A stretch of DNA of 41,836 nt from Methanomicrobia archaeon. Its GTDB lineage: Archaea; Halobacteriota; Syntropharchaeia; Alkanophagales; Methanospirareceae. A program made the position numbers and the translations under genes. Below the pieces are notes generated by a model that saw only the letters and a list, made by a program, of their open reading frames with translations, did not search any database and was not told where the DNA came from. This document shows, piece after piece, positions 8,352-16,708 of this stretch. The stretch is from the NCBI GenBank assembly GCA_016928455.1, contig JAFGKP010000065.1, forward strand, positions 1 to 41,836. Direction: 5' to 3'. The first letter of the stretch is position 1; each line of letters begins with the position of its first letter.

Positions 8352-9656
8352 ATGGCAGAAGAGTATTCCGGAATTCCACGCGATATACAGACGTTCTTCG
8401 AGGACGCGTATGGCAAGACGCTGCTGATCAAAGGTCCGCCGGGCACGGGCAAGACGGCCTTTGCGCTTACCCTGCTCAGTATGCTTAAGGGTAACGGTGC
8501 GTACCTCTCTACACGCGTCGATCCCGAGACCTTGTACATGCAGCATCCCTGGATCAGGGATAAAATCGCCGCGGAGAACATCATCGATGCGACCCAGTCG
8601 GAGCGTGAACGCGCGATAAAAACTACCGGGGTAACGATCAAGCCGCTCAGATATACCTCCGTCCCCGATTTCCTTAAGGCCGTCTATACGCGGACGGAAA
8701 AGATGGAGAGCCCGATCATTATCATTGACTCATGGGATGCGATCGCTTCCTATACGGGGTTCTATGAGTCACGGGAGCGTGAGAAATTGGAGCACAATCT
8801 CTGCGACTTCTCACGGAAGACGCGGACGAAGATCATTCTGCTTGTTGAGTATACCGGTCAGACCGCACTCGACTACCTTGTTGACGGTGTCGTGCTCGTT
8901 AAGAGCGCTATGAACCGCGAGCGCCGTCTGCGACGGATGGTGATGCAGAAGCTCCGGGGCTGCCAGATCACGAATCCCGTTCGTCTCTTTACGCTCGATC
9001 AGGGCATGTTCAAAGCGTTCACGGAGTTCAAAGAACATACTCAGGTGGACCTTGAGAATCTCGCAATCCCGAAACCGCTACCTGATCTCACTGAGCTGCG
9101 CATCTCAACCGGGATACCAATGCTTGATCAAATGCTCGGCGGTTATGGCAGTTTCAATCTCTTTGAAGGTGACTATGTGCCCTATGACCTCTTGGCGCGC
9201 GCAGTCTCCGTCAACGCGCTCAATCTCGGCCGGGACCTTGTGCTCACCTCACACAAGCAGTACGAATTCATCCCCAAGATCACGCCCTTCATCCAACCGG
9301 CCCATAAAGAGAAGATAAAGCTCGTCGAGGACATGCAGGATTTGCCGGTTAAGATCGAAAGCGAACGAGCCCTCGTTCTGCTTGATCTCGAGGGGGTCGC
9401 GGACGCCGATCTGGCGGTACGGGAGGTACTCACCCCAATAAAGGAGCGGCGGTGTGTGGTACTCTGCTACAGCAGTAAGGACGGCGGGCAAAAGAAAGAT
9501 CTGAATTCTATCACGGCCACTCATCTCAAAACCCAGTTCATTTCTGGCGTGCCCTGCCTCTACGGCGAGATGCCACGAACCGAATATTTTGGCCTTGAGC
9601 TTGCCCCCACCACGCAGAACAGCGTCTCTATTATCTCGCTCAAACCAATTGTATGA
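8352..9656 (+). CDS. Two-domain KaiC/RecA-superfamily ATPase, GvpD-like P-loop N-domain plus degenerate second domain
   Basis: The N-domain IPRDIQTFFEDAYGKTLLIKGPPGTGKTAFALTLL has an intact Walker A. The second domain begins ISTGIPMLDQMLGGYGSFNLFEG (KaiC-like TGI..LD..LGG) but has no GxxGxGKT. Confidence 0.7.
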   Translation: MAEEYSGIPRDIQTFFEDAYGKTLLIKGPPGTGKTAFALTLLSMLKGNGAYLSTRVDPETLYMQHPWIRDKIAAENIIDATQSERERAIKTTGVTIKPLRYTSVPDFLKAVYTRTEKMESPIIIIDSWDAIASYTGFYESREREKLEHNLCDFSRKTRTKIILLVEYTGQTALDYLVDGVVLVKSAMNRERRLRRMVMQKLRGCQITNPVRLFTLDQGMFKAFTEFKEHTQVDLENLAIPKPLPDLTELRISTGIPMLDQMLGGYGSFNLFEGDYVPYDLLARAVSVNALNLGRDLVLTSHKQYEFIPKITPFIQPAHKEKIKLVEDMQDLPVKIESERALVLLDLEGVADADLAVREVLTPIKERRCVVLCYSSKDGGQKKDLNSITATHLKTQFISGVPCLYGEMPRTEYFGLELAPTTQNSVSIISLKPIV

Positions 9657-10417
9657 CCCCAACAGAGCTCTTCAGTGTGGGCTTCTGCGCGGCTATCCTT
9701 CTCTACGCCTGCTACTCCGATCTCAAGACGAGAACGGTAAGCAATAAGCTCTGGCTGCTTCTGCTCGTGGTAGGTCTCCCGCTTGCTCTATACAACTGGT
9801 ATCTTAGCGGTCTTTCATTCCTCATCAGTCTCGGGTACTCCATCGTGTTCACCACGCTACTCGCCTATCTCTTCTTCCATCTGAATCTGTTTGGTGGTGC
9901 GGACGCAAAAGCTCTCATTGGTATCGCCCTGTTCATCCCTACAAATCCACTTTTCGATGCTCCGTTCCCTGATCCCTTTCCCTTTGCCATCACCACCCTG
10001 TTCAACGGCGCAATTATCTCACTGCTGGTCTTCCCCGTTATGTTTCTCTATAACGCGGTGAAGCTCCCGCCATCAGAGCTCAGGGCGCATCCTGGCCTGA
10101 CATTCGTCGGCTACAAGCGGAGAATCGATACACTCGCGAGTGCAAAGCGCACCTTCCAGCGGCTTCTCCACTCGTATGAGCTGACGGAAGAAACGAGCGG
10201 AGTAACAGTAAGGAGAGCACTCGCCCTTGCTGGACTCGAGATCGATGATGATGTGATAACTGAGCTCAAAACGTATCACGAGCAGGGTAAAATCGGGGAC
10301 GCCGTATGGGTCACTCCGGGATTGCCGTACATGCTCTTCATCACGACGGGGTTCTTCTTCGCACTCTTCGCAGGCAATCTGCCGTTCAGAATTATTATGG
10401 CGCTCCTCTCACTATAA
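9653..10417 (+). CDS. A24-family aspartic peptidase (archaeal prepilin/preflagellin peptidase, FlaK/EppA-like)
   Basis: First catalytic Asp context YSDLKTRTVSN and second GGADAKAL (GxGD-type). It is a polytopic membrane protein with a soluble insert (residues about 150-200). Its ATG overlaps the upstream stop (ATGA at 9653-9656). Confidence 0.8.
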   Translation: MTPTELFSVGFCAAILLYACYSDLKTRTVSNKLWLLLLVVGLPLALYNWYLSGLSFLISLGYSIVFTTLLAYLFFHLNLFGGADAKALIGIALFIPTNPLFDAPFPDPFPFAITTLFNGAIISLLVFPVMFLYNAVKLPPSELRAHPGLTFVGYKRRIDTLASAKRTFQRLLHSYELTEETSGVTVRRALALAGLEIDDDVITELKTYHEQGKIGDAVWVTPGLPYMLFITTGFFFALFAGNLPFRIIMALLSL

Positions 10418-10448
10418 CACTACGAACAAAGCGAGCACAGAATGGCTT

Positions 10449-11606
10449 TTACTTCTTCGGGAGCGAGAAGTAGACGGCCGAGGATACTTCATCACCGTTT
10501 TCTGTCCAGATCTTACCGCCTAATTTATCTAGAATCTTCTTGCAGAGGCTCAAGCGCAGATTTGTGCCTTCATAATCATACGGGAACAAGTGCTTGGGCG
10601 CGGTGAACATACCGCTCAAATCCTTTTCGTCCTTTACACTACTGCTGCCGTTACTGAGAACGGAGAAGAGATAATCCCCCGCAAGCTCCTGTGTTTCAAT
10701 GGTGACGCGCGGTCGCGCGGTGAGGCTGAGTTTCAACCCGTTTTCAATGAGATTGATGAACAGTTCCTTTATCCAGACGCGCTGCGTGGAGATCACTGGT
10801 AACGCCCCTGCCAGGATTTCACCGCCCCGCACCTCGATGAGCGCTCCGAGATCACCGACGATCTCCTCCAGAAGCTCGTTCAGGTCAACCGTCTCCAACT
10901 CATGGAATCGACGCCCCACGCGGGTTAACATGAGCAGGTCTTCCGTCAACGTGACCGTTCGCTCTGTCGCCTTCTGGATGCTGACCAAATATTCACGGCC
11001 GACCTCATCGAATCGCTCGGCATACGTGCCCAAAAGGAGCACGGAATCTCCCAACTCCTGTGTTACACGTTCGAGCTCGCGCATATAGATCTCCAATTCG
11101 TCCTCCAGGCGTTTCCGACGCGTCAAAATCTTCCATTCGCGTATCGCTCGTTCCGCGCGCCAGGGCAGCTCGCGTAACTCCTCCGGGTTCTTCACTACGT
11201 AATCCAGGGCGCCCGATTTGATCGCGTGCACCGCCAGTTGCTCCGAGCCCACGCCCGTGATAATGATGAGCGGGAAGCTAACTTCTTCAGGACTCATCGC
11301 GCCCCGTGTCAGATCCAGACCGGTGCCATCGGGCAGGAGATAATCCGCGATAACGAGTGCAGGAGAATCAGACCGCTTCTCCAGCCAGGCAAAAGCAGCA
11401 TCGAGATCCAGAACGTGCTGCACCTCCCAGAGCGAGCCTACATCCTCGAACGCCCTGCTAATGAGCTCAGCATGTGAATCGTCATCCTCAACCAGCAAGA
11501 TCGTCTTTCGCGTCACACGCTTTTCCGCGTCCTTCGCATCAGTCACGACACCGCGCTTCCCCGAATTCTTACCTCTCGGGTCTCCGATCAGATACGCCAC
11601 GTTCAT
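10449..11606 (-). CDS. Response-regulator receiver domain fused to a degenerate HisKA/HATPase_c-like module
   Basis: REC domain: ILLVEDDDSHAELI...VIADYLLPDGTGLDL...IIITG. In the dimerisation region, ELGDSVLLLGTYAERF occupies the usual position of the SHDLxxPL H-box, so there is no His. The N-box NLIENGLK is kept, while the G1 box (SNGSS) and G2 box (GTNLRLSL) are degenerate. Confidence 0.7.
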   Translation of the reverse strand: MNVAYLIGDPRGKNSGKRGVVTDAKDAEKRVTRKTILLVEDDDSHAELISRAFEDVGSLWEVQHVLDLDAAFAWLEKRSDSPALVIADYLLPDGTGLDLTRGAMSPEEVSFPLIIITGVGSEQLAVHAIKSGALDYVVKNPEELRELPWRAERAIREWKILTRRKRLEDELEIYMRELERVTQELGDSVLLLGTYAERFDEVGREYLVSIQKATERTVTLTEDLLMLTRVGRRFHELETVDLNELLEEIVGDLGALIEVRGGEILAGALPVISTQRVWIKELFINLIENGLKLSLTARPRVTIETQELAGDYLFSVLSNGSSSVKDEKDLSGMFTAPKHLFPYDYEGTNLRLSLCKKILDKLGGKIWTENGDEVSSAVYFSLPKK

Positions 11607-11843
11607 CGCGACTCGACACCGCTCCCTGATGAATAAATGGCAGGTTTACATAAATACCTTTCGCATCACGTATTCTGATAATAGCCCATAAGCGGTCTCT
11701 AATTATCCTATAGGGGCTGTAAACGGTTATTTCAGCGGATTCGCAAGGGTACTGTGCATACTTCGACACACGCGAAACAAAAAAAAACGAAAAACTTTTA
11801 TAGTGGTAGACCAAGGAAATGTAAACGATAGTTCCTCTTAATC

Positions 11844-12632
11844 ATGCACAATCTGCTACGTCTCGCGGCCTGTTCCAATCTGCGCAGAAATCTCCTGCAC
11901 TCTTTGCAGGCGGGAGGGAAACCGCTGAGTGAATTCCGTGACGAACTCGGGGTGAGCTCGACTACGGCGATCCATGCGTTGAGGGATCTTGAACGGGCTA
12001 ATCTTATCCGCCAGGATGAGGCGCGGAACTACGCATTAACGAAAATTGGCGAGATCGTCGCCCTGAAATTGGATGATTTTAGTGAGGCTGTTGAAGCGCT
12101 TCAGAAGCACGAGCGATTCTGGCTGGAGCATGACCTCAGCGATATCCCCGACCCCTTACTCGAGAAGATCGGTAATCTCCGCAATTCGATGCCGCTTTTG
12201 GGCTCTACCACCGACCTCTTCAAATTGCACGCTACCTTTATCCAGGTGCTCGAGACCGCAAATGAGGTGAAGGGGATCTATCCCATCTTCGACCTCGACT
12301 ATCTCGCCACTATTCGGGACCTCGTGAAGCGGGGAATCGAGGTCGATCTCATCGTCACAACTGAGGTTTTGGAGAGCATAGGGGGGGTGCTTGAGACGGA
12401 AGAACTCTTCCATGACTTACTCGAAGAGCCGAACCTCACGCTCTTCGCCACCGAACAGCCGTTGAAGCTCACGCTCACCCTCACGGATCGTGTCTTTTAT
12501 CTCGGCTTATTCGCCCCTGATGGCCTTTATGATTTCAATCGCGCATTGATCAGTGACGATGCCAGAGCGCTCGGGTGGGGACGGGCATTACATGAGCATT
12601 ATCGGCAACGCTCCAAGCTGGTGACGGAATAA
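11844..12632 (+). CDS. Winged-helix transcriptional regulator with a FilR1/DUF1724 middle domain
   Basis: N-terminal wHTH (RRNLLHSLQAGGKPLSEFRDELGVSSTTAIHALRDLERANLIRQDE). This is followed by the pattern and length (about 260 aa) typical of methanogen DUF1724 regulators. Confidence 0.7.
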   Translation: MHNLLRLAACSNLRRNLLHSLQAGGKPLSEFRDELGVSSTTAIHALRDLERANLIRQDEARNYALTKIGEIVALKLDDFSEAVEALQKHERFWLEHDLSDIPDPLLEKIGNLRNSMPLLGSTTDLFKLHATFIQVLETANEVKGIYPIFDLDYLATIRDLVKRGIEVDLIVTTEVLESIGGVLETEELFHDLLEEPNLTLFATEQPLKLTLTLTDRVFYLGLFAPDGLYDFNRALISDDARALGWGRALHEHYRQRSKLVTE

Positions 12633-12673
12633 TGCCTGGTACTATGCTCGTTTGAGGATAATTGGCAATTTCT

Positions 12674-12685
12674 GGCAATATTGCC
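12674..12685. promoter_or_regulatory. Perfect 12-bp palindrome GGCAATATTGCC with an extra TGGCAAT half-site 10 nt upstream; candidate operator next to a TATA-like box
   Basis: Read directly. TGGCAAT occurs at 12663-12669 and 12673-12679. TTTTAAA lies at 12696-12702, GGAGGT at 12748-12753, and the ATG at 12761. Confidence 0.4.
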
Positions 12686-12760
12686 GGAACATAACTTTTA
12701 AAGCTCCTCTTCGGAAATATTCTATTCCCCATCCCTTATCCATATCCGGAGGTAGCGATT

Positions 12761-13399
12761 ATGAGCCCCGCGGTAACATTCTGGAGCAATAGCTATGCCA
12801 GCCTAGCTTCTACGCTCTTCATTATTGCTTCATTTGCCACGATTGGGTTTGGAGTAAAGTATATCGACGATGCCTTTGATGAAGACCGATTTAATAAGGC
12901 GGTTGCAAAAGTCTTTGCACCTCTGTTAGTCTTCCTCTGGATTAGCGTCTCTTTACTCGATTCTATCTCCGCAACCATCTTATTCGCGATACTCATTGCC
13001 GTGCTGCTTTCAGGGAAGGTTGATAATCGCATCTTCAAGCTCAGTGCCCTTACGCTGATTACCGTGGTCGTGCTTACGCAATACGAGCACTTCTCGTGGG
13101 TGCCGCTGGCCGTTCTCACCATTATGGGCGTTGCAGATGAGCGGGGGAACGATTATGTCGATGCGCATGAAACCGGTGGAATTCGGGAGTTCTTCTTTGC
13201 GCATCGCTGCGGTATGAAGGTGAGCACGTTGGGTCTCTGCATCGCATCCTTCCTCCCCTGGCTGTATTTCGCGGCGTTCCTTGCCTTCGATTCCGCGTAC
13301 GAATTCGTCAAATTCCTCGATTATCTCCACGTCTCCGCGATTGGCTATAAAGTGTGGCGATTGCCGCTGGCCGTGATCCTCCTGGGCAAATTCAAGTGA
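12761..13399 (+). CDS. Hypothetical polytopic membrane protein with two acidic loop motifs
   Basis: About 6 predicted TM helices. Acidic motifs YIDDAFDED (residues 34-42) and ADERGNDYVD. A good GGAGGT RBS lies 7 nt upstream. No family recognised. Confidence 0.6.
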   Translation: MSPAVTFWSNSYASLASTLFIIASFATIGFGVKYIDDAFDEDRFNKAVAKVFAPLLVFLWISVSLLDSISATILFAILIAVLLSGKVDNRIFKLSALTLITVVVLTQYEHFSWVPLAVLTIMGVADERGNDYVDAHETGGIREFFFAHRCGMKVSTLGLCIASFLPWLYFAAFLAFDSAYEFVKFLDYLHVSAIGYKVWRLPLAVILLGKFK

Positions 13400-13467
13400 T
13401 TCTGAGCCGTCATATGTGGCGCGTGCATACCGTGACCGGACTTCTCAGGCATATTATGCCATCTCCA

Positions 13468-16400
13468 TTAGTCTAAATGAAGAACGCGTTTGCTCGGCGT
13501 CCCCTGGTATAACTTTTCTATGTGCACGACGGTCTCCTTCTCACCGCCCGATAACATGAGGATATTCTCAAAATTCTTTTCCACCTCGTCCCGTCCCACT
13601 TTCTTCAGTAAATGGGAATGCGGATCAAGAACAATTACCGTTGTGCAGTTCCACCGTTTCAAGCCTTCAAGTTGATTTTGGAGGAGCCCATACGTCTCCT
13701 TAGGTTGGTAATATCTCGCAAAGTCGTCATATACATCAATAATAACGATTCGTGGATGATTTCTTGATTGGCTCTTGATCACCTTCACAAGGCTCCGCTG
13801 AAATAAAATTTTATTGAGGGGCACCAGCATATGATCCTCATACTCGATCAATTCTGAGATGCCCTTCTCTTCATAGAGCGGCTCATAGAGATCGAGCATG
13901 GTGAGGTTATCCACGGATTCAAGCTCCATGAGGAGCTCGCCCTGTATCTGCCGGTACGGGCGTTTCGAAGTAGCATAGATGATACTCGTCCCCTCGAGGA
14001 GGTTCCGTTTCATGAGCGCTTGTATCAGCTTCTGTTTTGCTTTCGTCTCTTCGGCGATGAGCAGCGTGCTACTCCCTTTCACCAGACCTCCGGCCATGAC
14101 CAGGTTAAGTTCTTTGATCCCGGTGGAAATAATATCAAAGACCTCGCTGGCCGCGAATGGGGCGTGAGTATCGGTCCTTATTTCTTCTTTCACCAACCCC
14201 CGGAGGAGACAGCGCTTGAACGGGAATTCATCACCGAGAGCCTCAAGATATAATTTGAAGAGTTTCAAAAACTCATCGCGCGAGAACCGTGTTGCCTCCC
14301 TGGTCCGCATCTCCCCCTTTTCAAACTCAAAACAGTTAAAGAGCGCCTCCCGCCGCTTCAAACGATCAAAAATATTCTGCTGCTCGCTTAGCGAAATGAA
14401 CGTCCTTAACTGCGCGAGGAGATTGTTAATCGTTCGCTCATAAAGAATCGGATAATACAGCCTATCAAGCTCGACACGTAACTCTTCGGGAAGCATCAAA
14501 ATTTTTTCACCTAAAAGCCTCACCAGTTCACTTTTAATCTCTTCGAGCGATTTCCTTTTGATCATTACCTTCTCCATGTCAGGCATTTTATGAAGAGCGA
14601 GGAGAATTGCCACCGCGACGGTCACCTGGGTCATCTCATCCACTGATTCGAGATGGAATTCCCGATTCTGGGAATCAAACCTCATCCGTTGGAGTTCATC
14701 ACCAGGAACATATCTCGCTATCGCCTCCTCCCAGAGCTGCTCGAGATAGTCTGTCCTCAGGAAGTTGTGCGCATGGAAATTGAGAAGGTGGATGATATTC
14801 TCTTTTTTAATTTTTTGAGATCTCGATTCCCCTGTTAGAGTCATGGTCGAGAGGATCTCAATCAGCAGAACGGCAAAATAACCGACGAAGACTAGGTTGT
14901 GGTAGGGATAATGATGAAGATAATTGCTTAACGAGGAATAGAGCATGTAGACGACGAGAAAAACGACAAAGGCGAAGATGTATGAGAGTTCGCTCCATAT
15001 GTTTTTTCCCAGAATCTCCTCAAATCCCTTGTGCGTGACACTCAAGTATGCTCCGAAAGCGATCAAAAAGAAAGCAATGAAGAAGAGGATGAGCGGATAA
15101 GAGATAAACTCGATACGGCCGAAATACGTGGCTCGTCCATAAGTTAAGAAAAGAGTAAAGAAAATGAGGGAGAATATAGAGCAGAAGAAGATTAGATAAA
15201 GCAAAACGTCTAGACGTTTGAAGATCGGCACTATCGCTTGGTCTCTGAGGATTGTGCGCAAATCAAGAGCAAAGGCGAGGTAAAAGGCGAACGAAAAAAG
15301 GCCGAAGAGAAGAGCGTATATCAAAACCTTAGACTCACTCGTTGGAGCAGCCCACAAATTGAAAATTACACAGAAGACGTAAAGAGATACTATTAAATGG
15401 AGTGAGAGACCCAGTTTCAGATAGCTCCAATAGCGCAATTTTGTGCGAAATGAAATAGCCTCGAGATAGGTGAAAATTAAGAGTGTGGCCACAAAAACAG
15501 GAAGCAAAAAAACAAGTGCGATAACAAATGGAAGATCTTTATAAATGGTAAATGAATAGCTTTTGGCAGTGAGGTAGAATGACGCTGCTAAAAGGGCAAG
15601 TGTCATTGCCATCGTGACTTTGGGAAGATCAAAAGGCAACAGAACTTTCCACTTGGGCTGGAGGATAGCAGGGTATTCAATTGCAAAAGTGAGATAATAG
15701 CTTAACGCGAGCGTCACAGGAATGAAAAAAGAGAGTATAAGATAATAGCTTAACTGAAGGTTGAGTTTGGAGAATAAAAGTAATGAACCAATGAAGAGCG
15801 AAACCGCACCTGAGCTTGACCATAAAAAAGGTTTACTAACAAAACCGATCTCCGAATAACTCTTCGATAAAAAGATAAAATCATAAAAGAATGCGAAGCT
15901 AACAAAGCAGAACAGAATTATAAATAAATAGAGAATTGAACTATTTTCAAAAATTGGAAAGTCGAGCACATAAATAGCACCTTTAAAGAAAAACCATATA
16001 AGCGGAATAAAAAATATAAAGAAGATAATTGGTCTCACTTTTATTGCTTTTTCCTTTCTTTTCAGCAGCGGTTTTATAAGCTGATATTCCCCCACATTGA
16101 CCATAAACACAGCATAGGTATATAAGAAAGCCACAATAAATGCAATAGTCGTCCCCAAAACGCTGAAGTATTTGGCAAGTATTAAGTGCAATGTAACAGC
16201 ATCAACAATTGTACAAATATTGCCTACATATATGTTATTCCAGACCGAGGAGACTGATACCTTCTTAACATCCTGGATTAACAGCAGGGCAACGTAAAGC
16301 AAGAATATATTTAATATAAGTGATGAAAATATGCTAACTTTGGGGTCATTAAACGCTAAACCAGCTGTAGCCCCGGGCGTTAAAGCACTGATAATAACGA

Positions 16401-16482
16401 AAAAGAAGAAGATGCACCATCCCCTTCGTTTTCCCACGTTAATCTTAGAAGCCCAGCAACGATGAGTCAACTGATTGGCCAT
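13468..16482 (-). CDS. 1004-aa polytopic membrane protein (about 16-20 TM helices) with a cytoplasmic helical linker and a C-terminal KaiC/RecA-like (DUF835-like) domain lacking Walker A
   Basis: Residues about 20-550 are almost entirely hydrophobic F/I/L/Y-rich helices. The C-terminal ISTGIKELNLVMAGGLVKGSSTLLIAEETKAKQKLI aligns with the KaiC pattern TGI..LD..LGGGL..GS..LI.G..GTGKT, but EETKAK replaces the P-loop. A Walker B-like RIVIIDVYDD is present. The gene is very AT-rich. Confidence 0.75.
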   Translation of the reverse strand: MANQLTHRCWASKINVGKRRGWCIFFFFVIISALTPGATAGLAFNDPKVSIFSSLILNIFLLYVALLLIQDVKKVSVSSVWNNIYVGNICTIVDAVTLHLILAKYFSVLGTTIAFIVAFLYTYAVFMVNVGEYQLIKPLLKRKEKAIKVRPIIFFIFFIPLIWFFFKGAIYVLDFPIFENSSILYLFIILFCFVSFAFFYDFIFLSKSYSEIGFVSKPFLWSSSGAVSLFIGSLLLFSKLNLQLSYYLILSFFIPVTLALSYYLTFAIEYPAILQPKWKVLLPFDLPKVTMAMTLALLAASFYLTAKSYSFTIYKDLPFVIALVFLLPVFVATLLIFTYLEAISFRTKLRYWSYLKLGLSLHLIVSLYVFCVIFNLWAAPTSESKVLIYALLFGLFSFAFYLAFALDLRTILRDQAIVPIFKRLDVLLYLIFFCSIFSLIFFTLFLTYGRATYFGRIEFISYPLILFFIAFFLIAFGAYLSVTHKGFEEILGKNIWSELSYIFAFVVFLVVYMLYSSLSNYLHHYPYHNLVFVGYFAVLLIEILSTMTLTGESRSQKIKKENIIHLLNFHAHNFLRTDYLEQLWEEAIARYVPGDELQRMRFDSQNREFHLESVDEMTQVTVAVAILLALHKMPDMEKVMIKRKSLEEIKSELVRLLGEKILMLPEELRVELDRLYYPILYERTINNLLAQLRTFISLSEQQNIFDRLKRREALFNCFEFEKGEMRTREATRFSRDEFLKLFKLYLEALGDEFPFKRCLLRGLVKEEIRTDTHAPFAASEVFDIISTGIKELNLVMAGGLVKGSSTLLIAEETKAKQKLIQALMKRNLLEGTSIIYATSKRPYRQIQGELLMELESVDNLTMLDLYEPLYEEKGISELIEYEDHMLVPLNKILFQRSLVKVIKSQSRNHPRIVIIDVYDDFARYYQPKETYGLLQNQLEGLKRWNCTTVIVLDPHSHLLKKVGRDEVEKNFENILMLSGGEKETVVHIEKLYQGTPSKRVLHLD

Positions 16483-16507
16483 GTGCCCCTCTTGCTTCGT
16501 GCTTACG

Positions 16508-16514
16508 TTATATA
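16508..16514 (-). promoter_or_regulatory. TATA-like box for the 1004-aa gene (leaderless-type spacing)
   Basis: The minus strand reads TATATAA 26-32 nt upstream of the ATG at 16482. Further TATA-like elements lie at 16526-16535 and 16543-16552. Confidence 0.3.
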
Positions 16515-16708
16515 GGCAAAGGGTTGTATATAGCCTTTTCGGTTTTTAAAGCACTTTCGAAACCACAGGGTTCCGCACAACACCCGGTCAGTATTCTGAA
16601 GATCTTTCAGAGCAAATATGGTGAACACAGCTCTTTATCCGCTTAGTGCTCAGCGCAACCATGATGAAGTTGACCTGCGAACCGAAGAGTGTCCAGAAAG
16701 AGGTGAGA

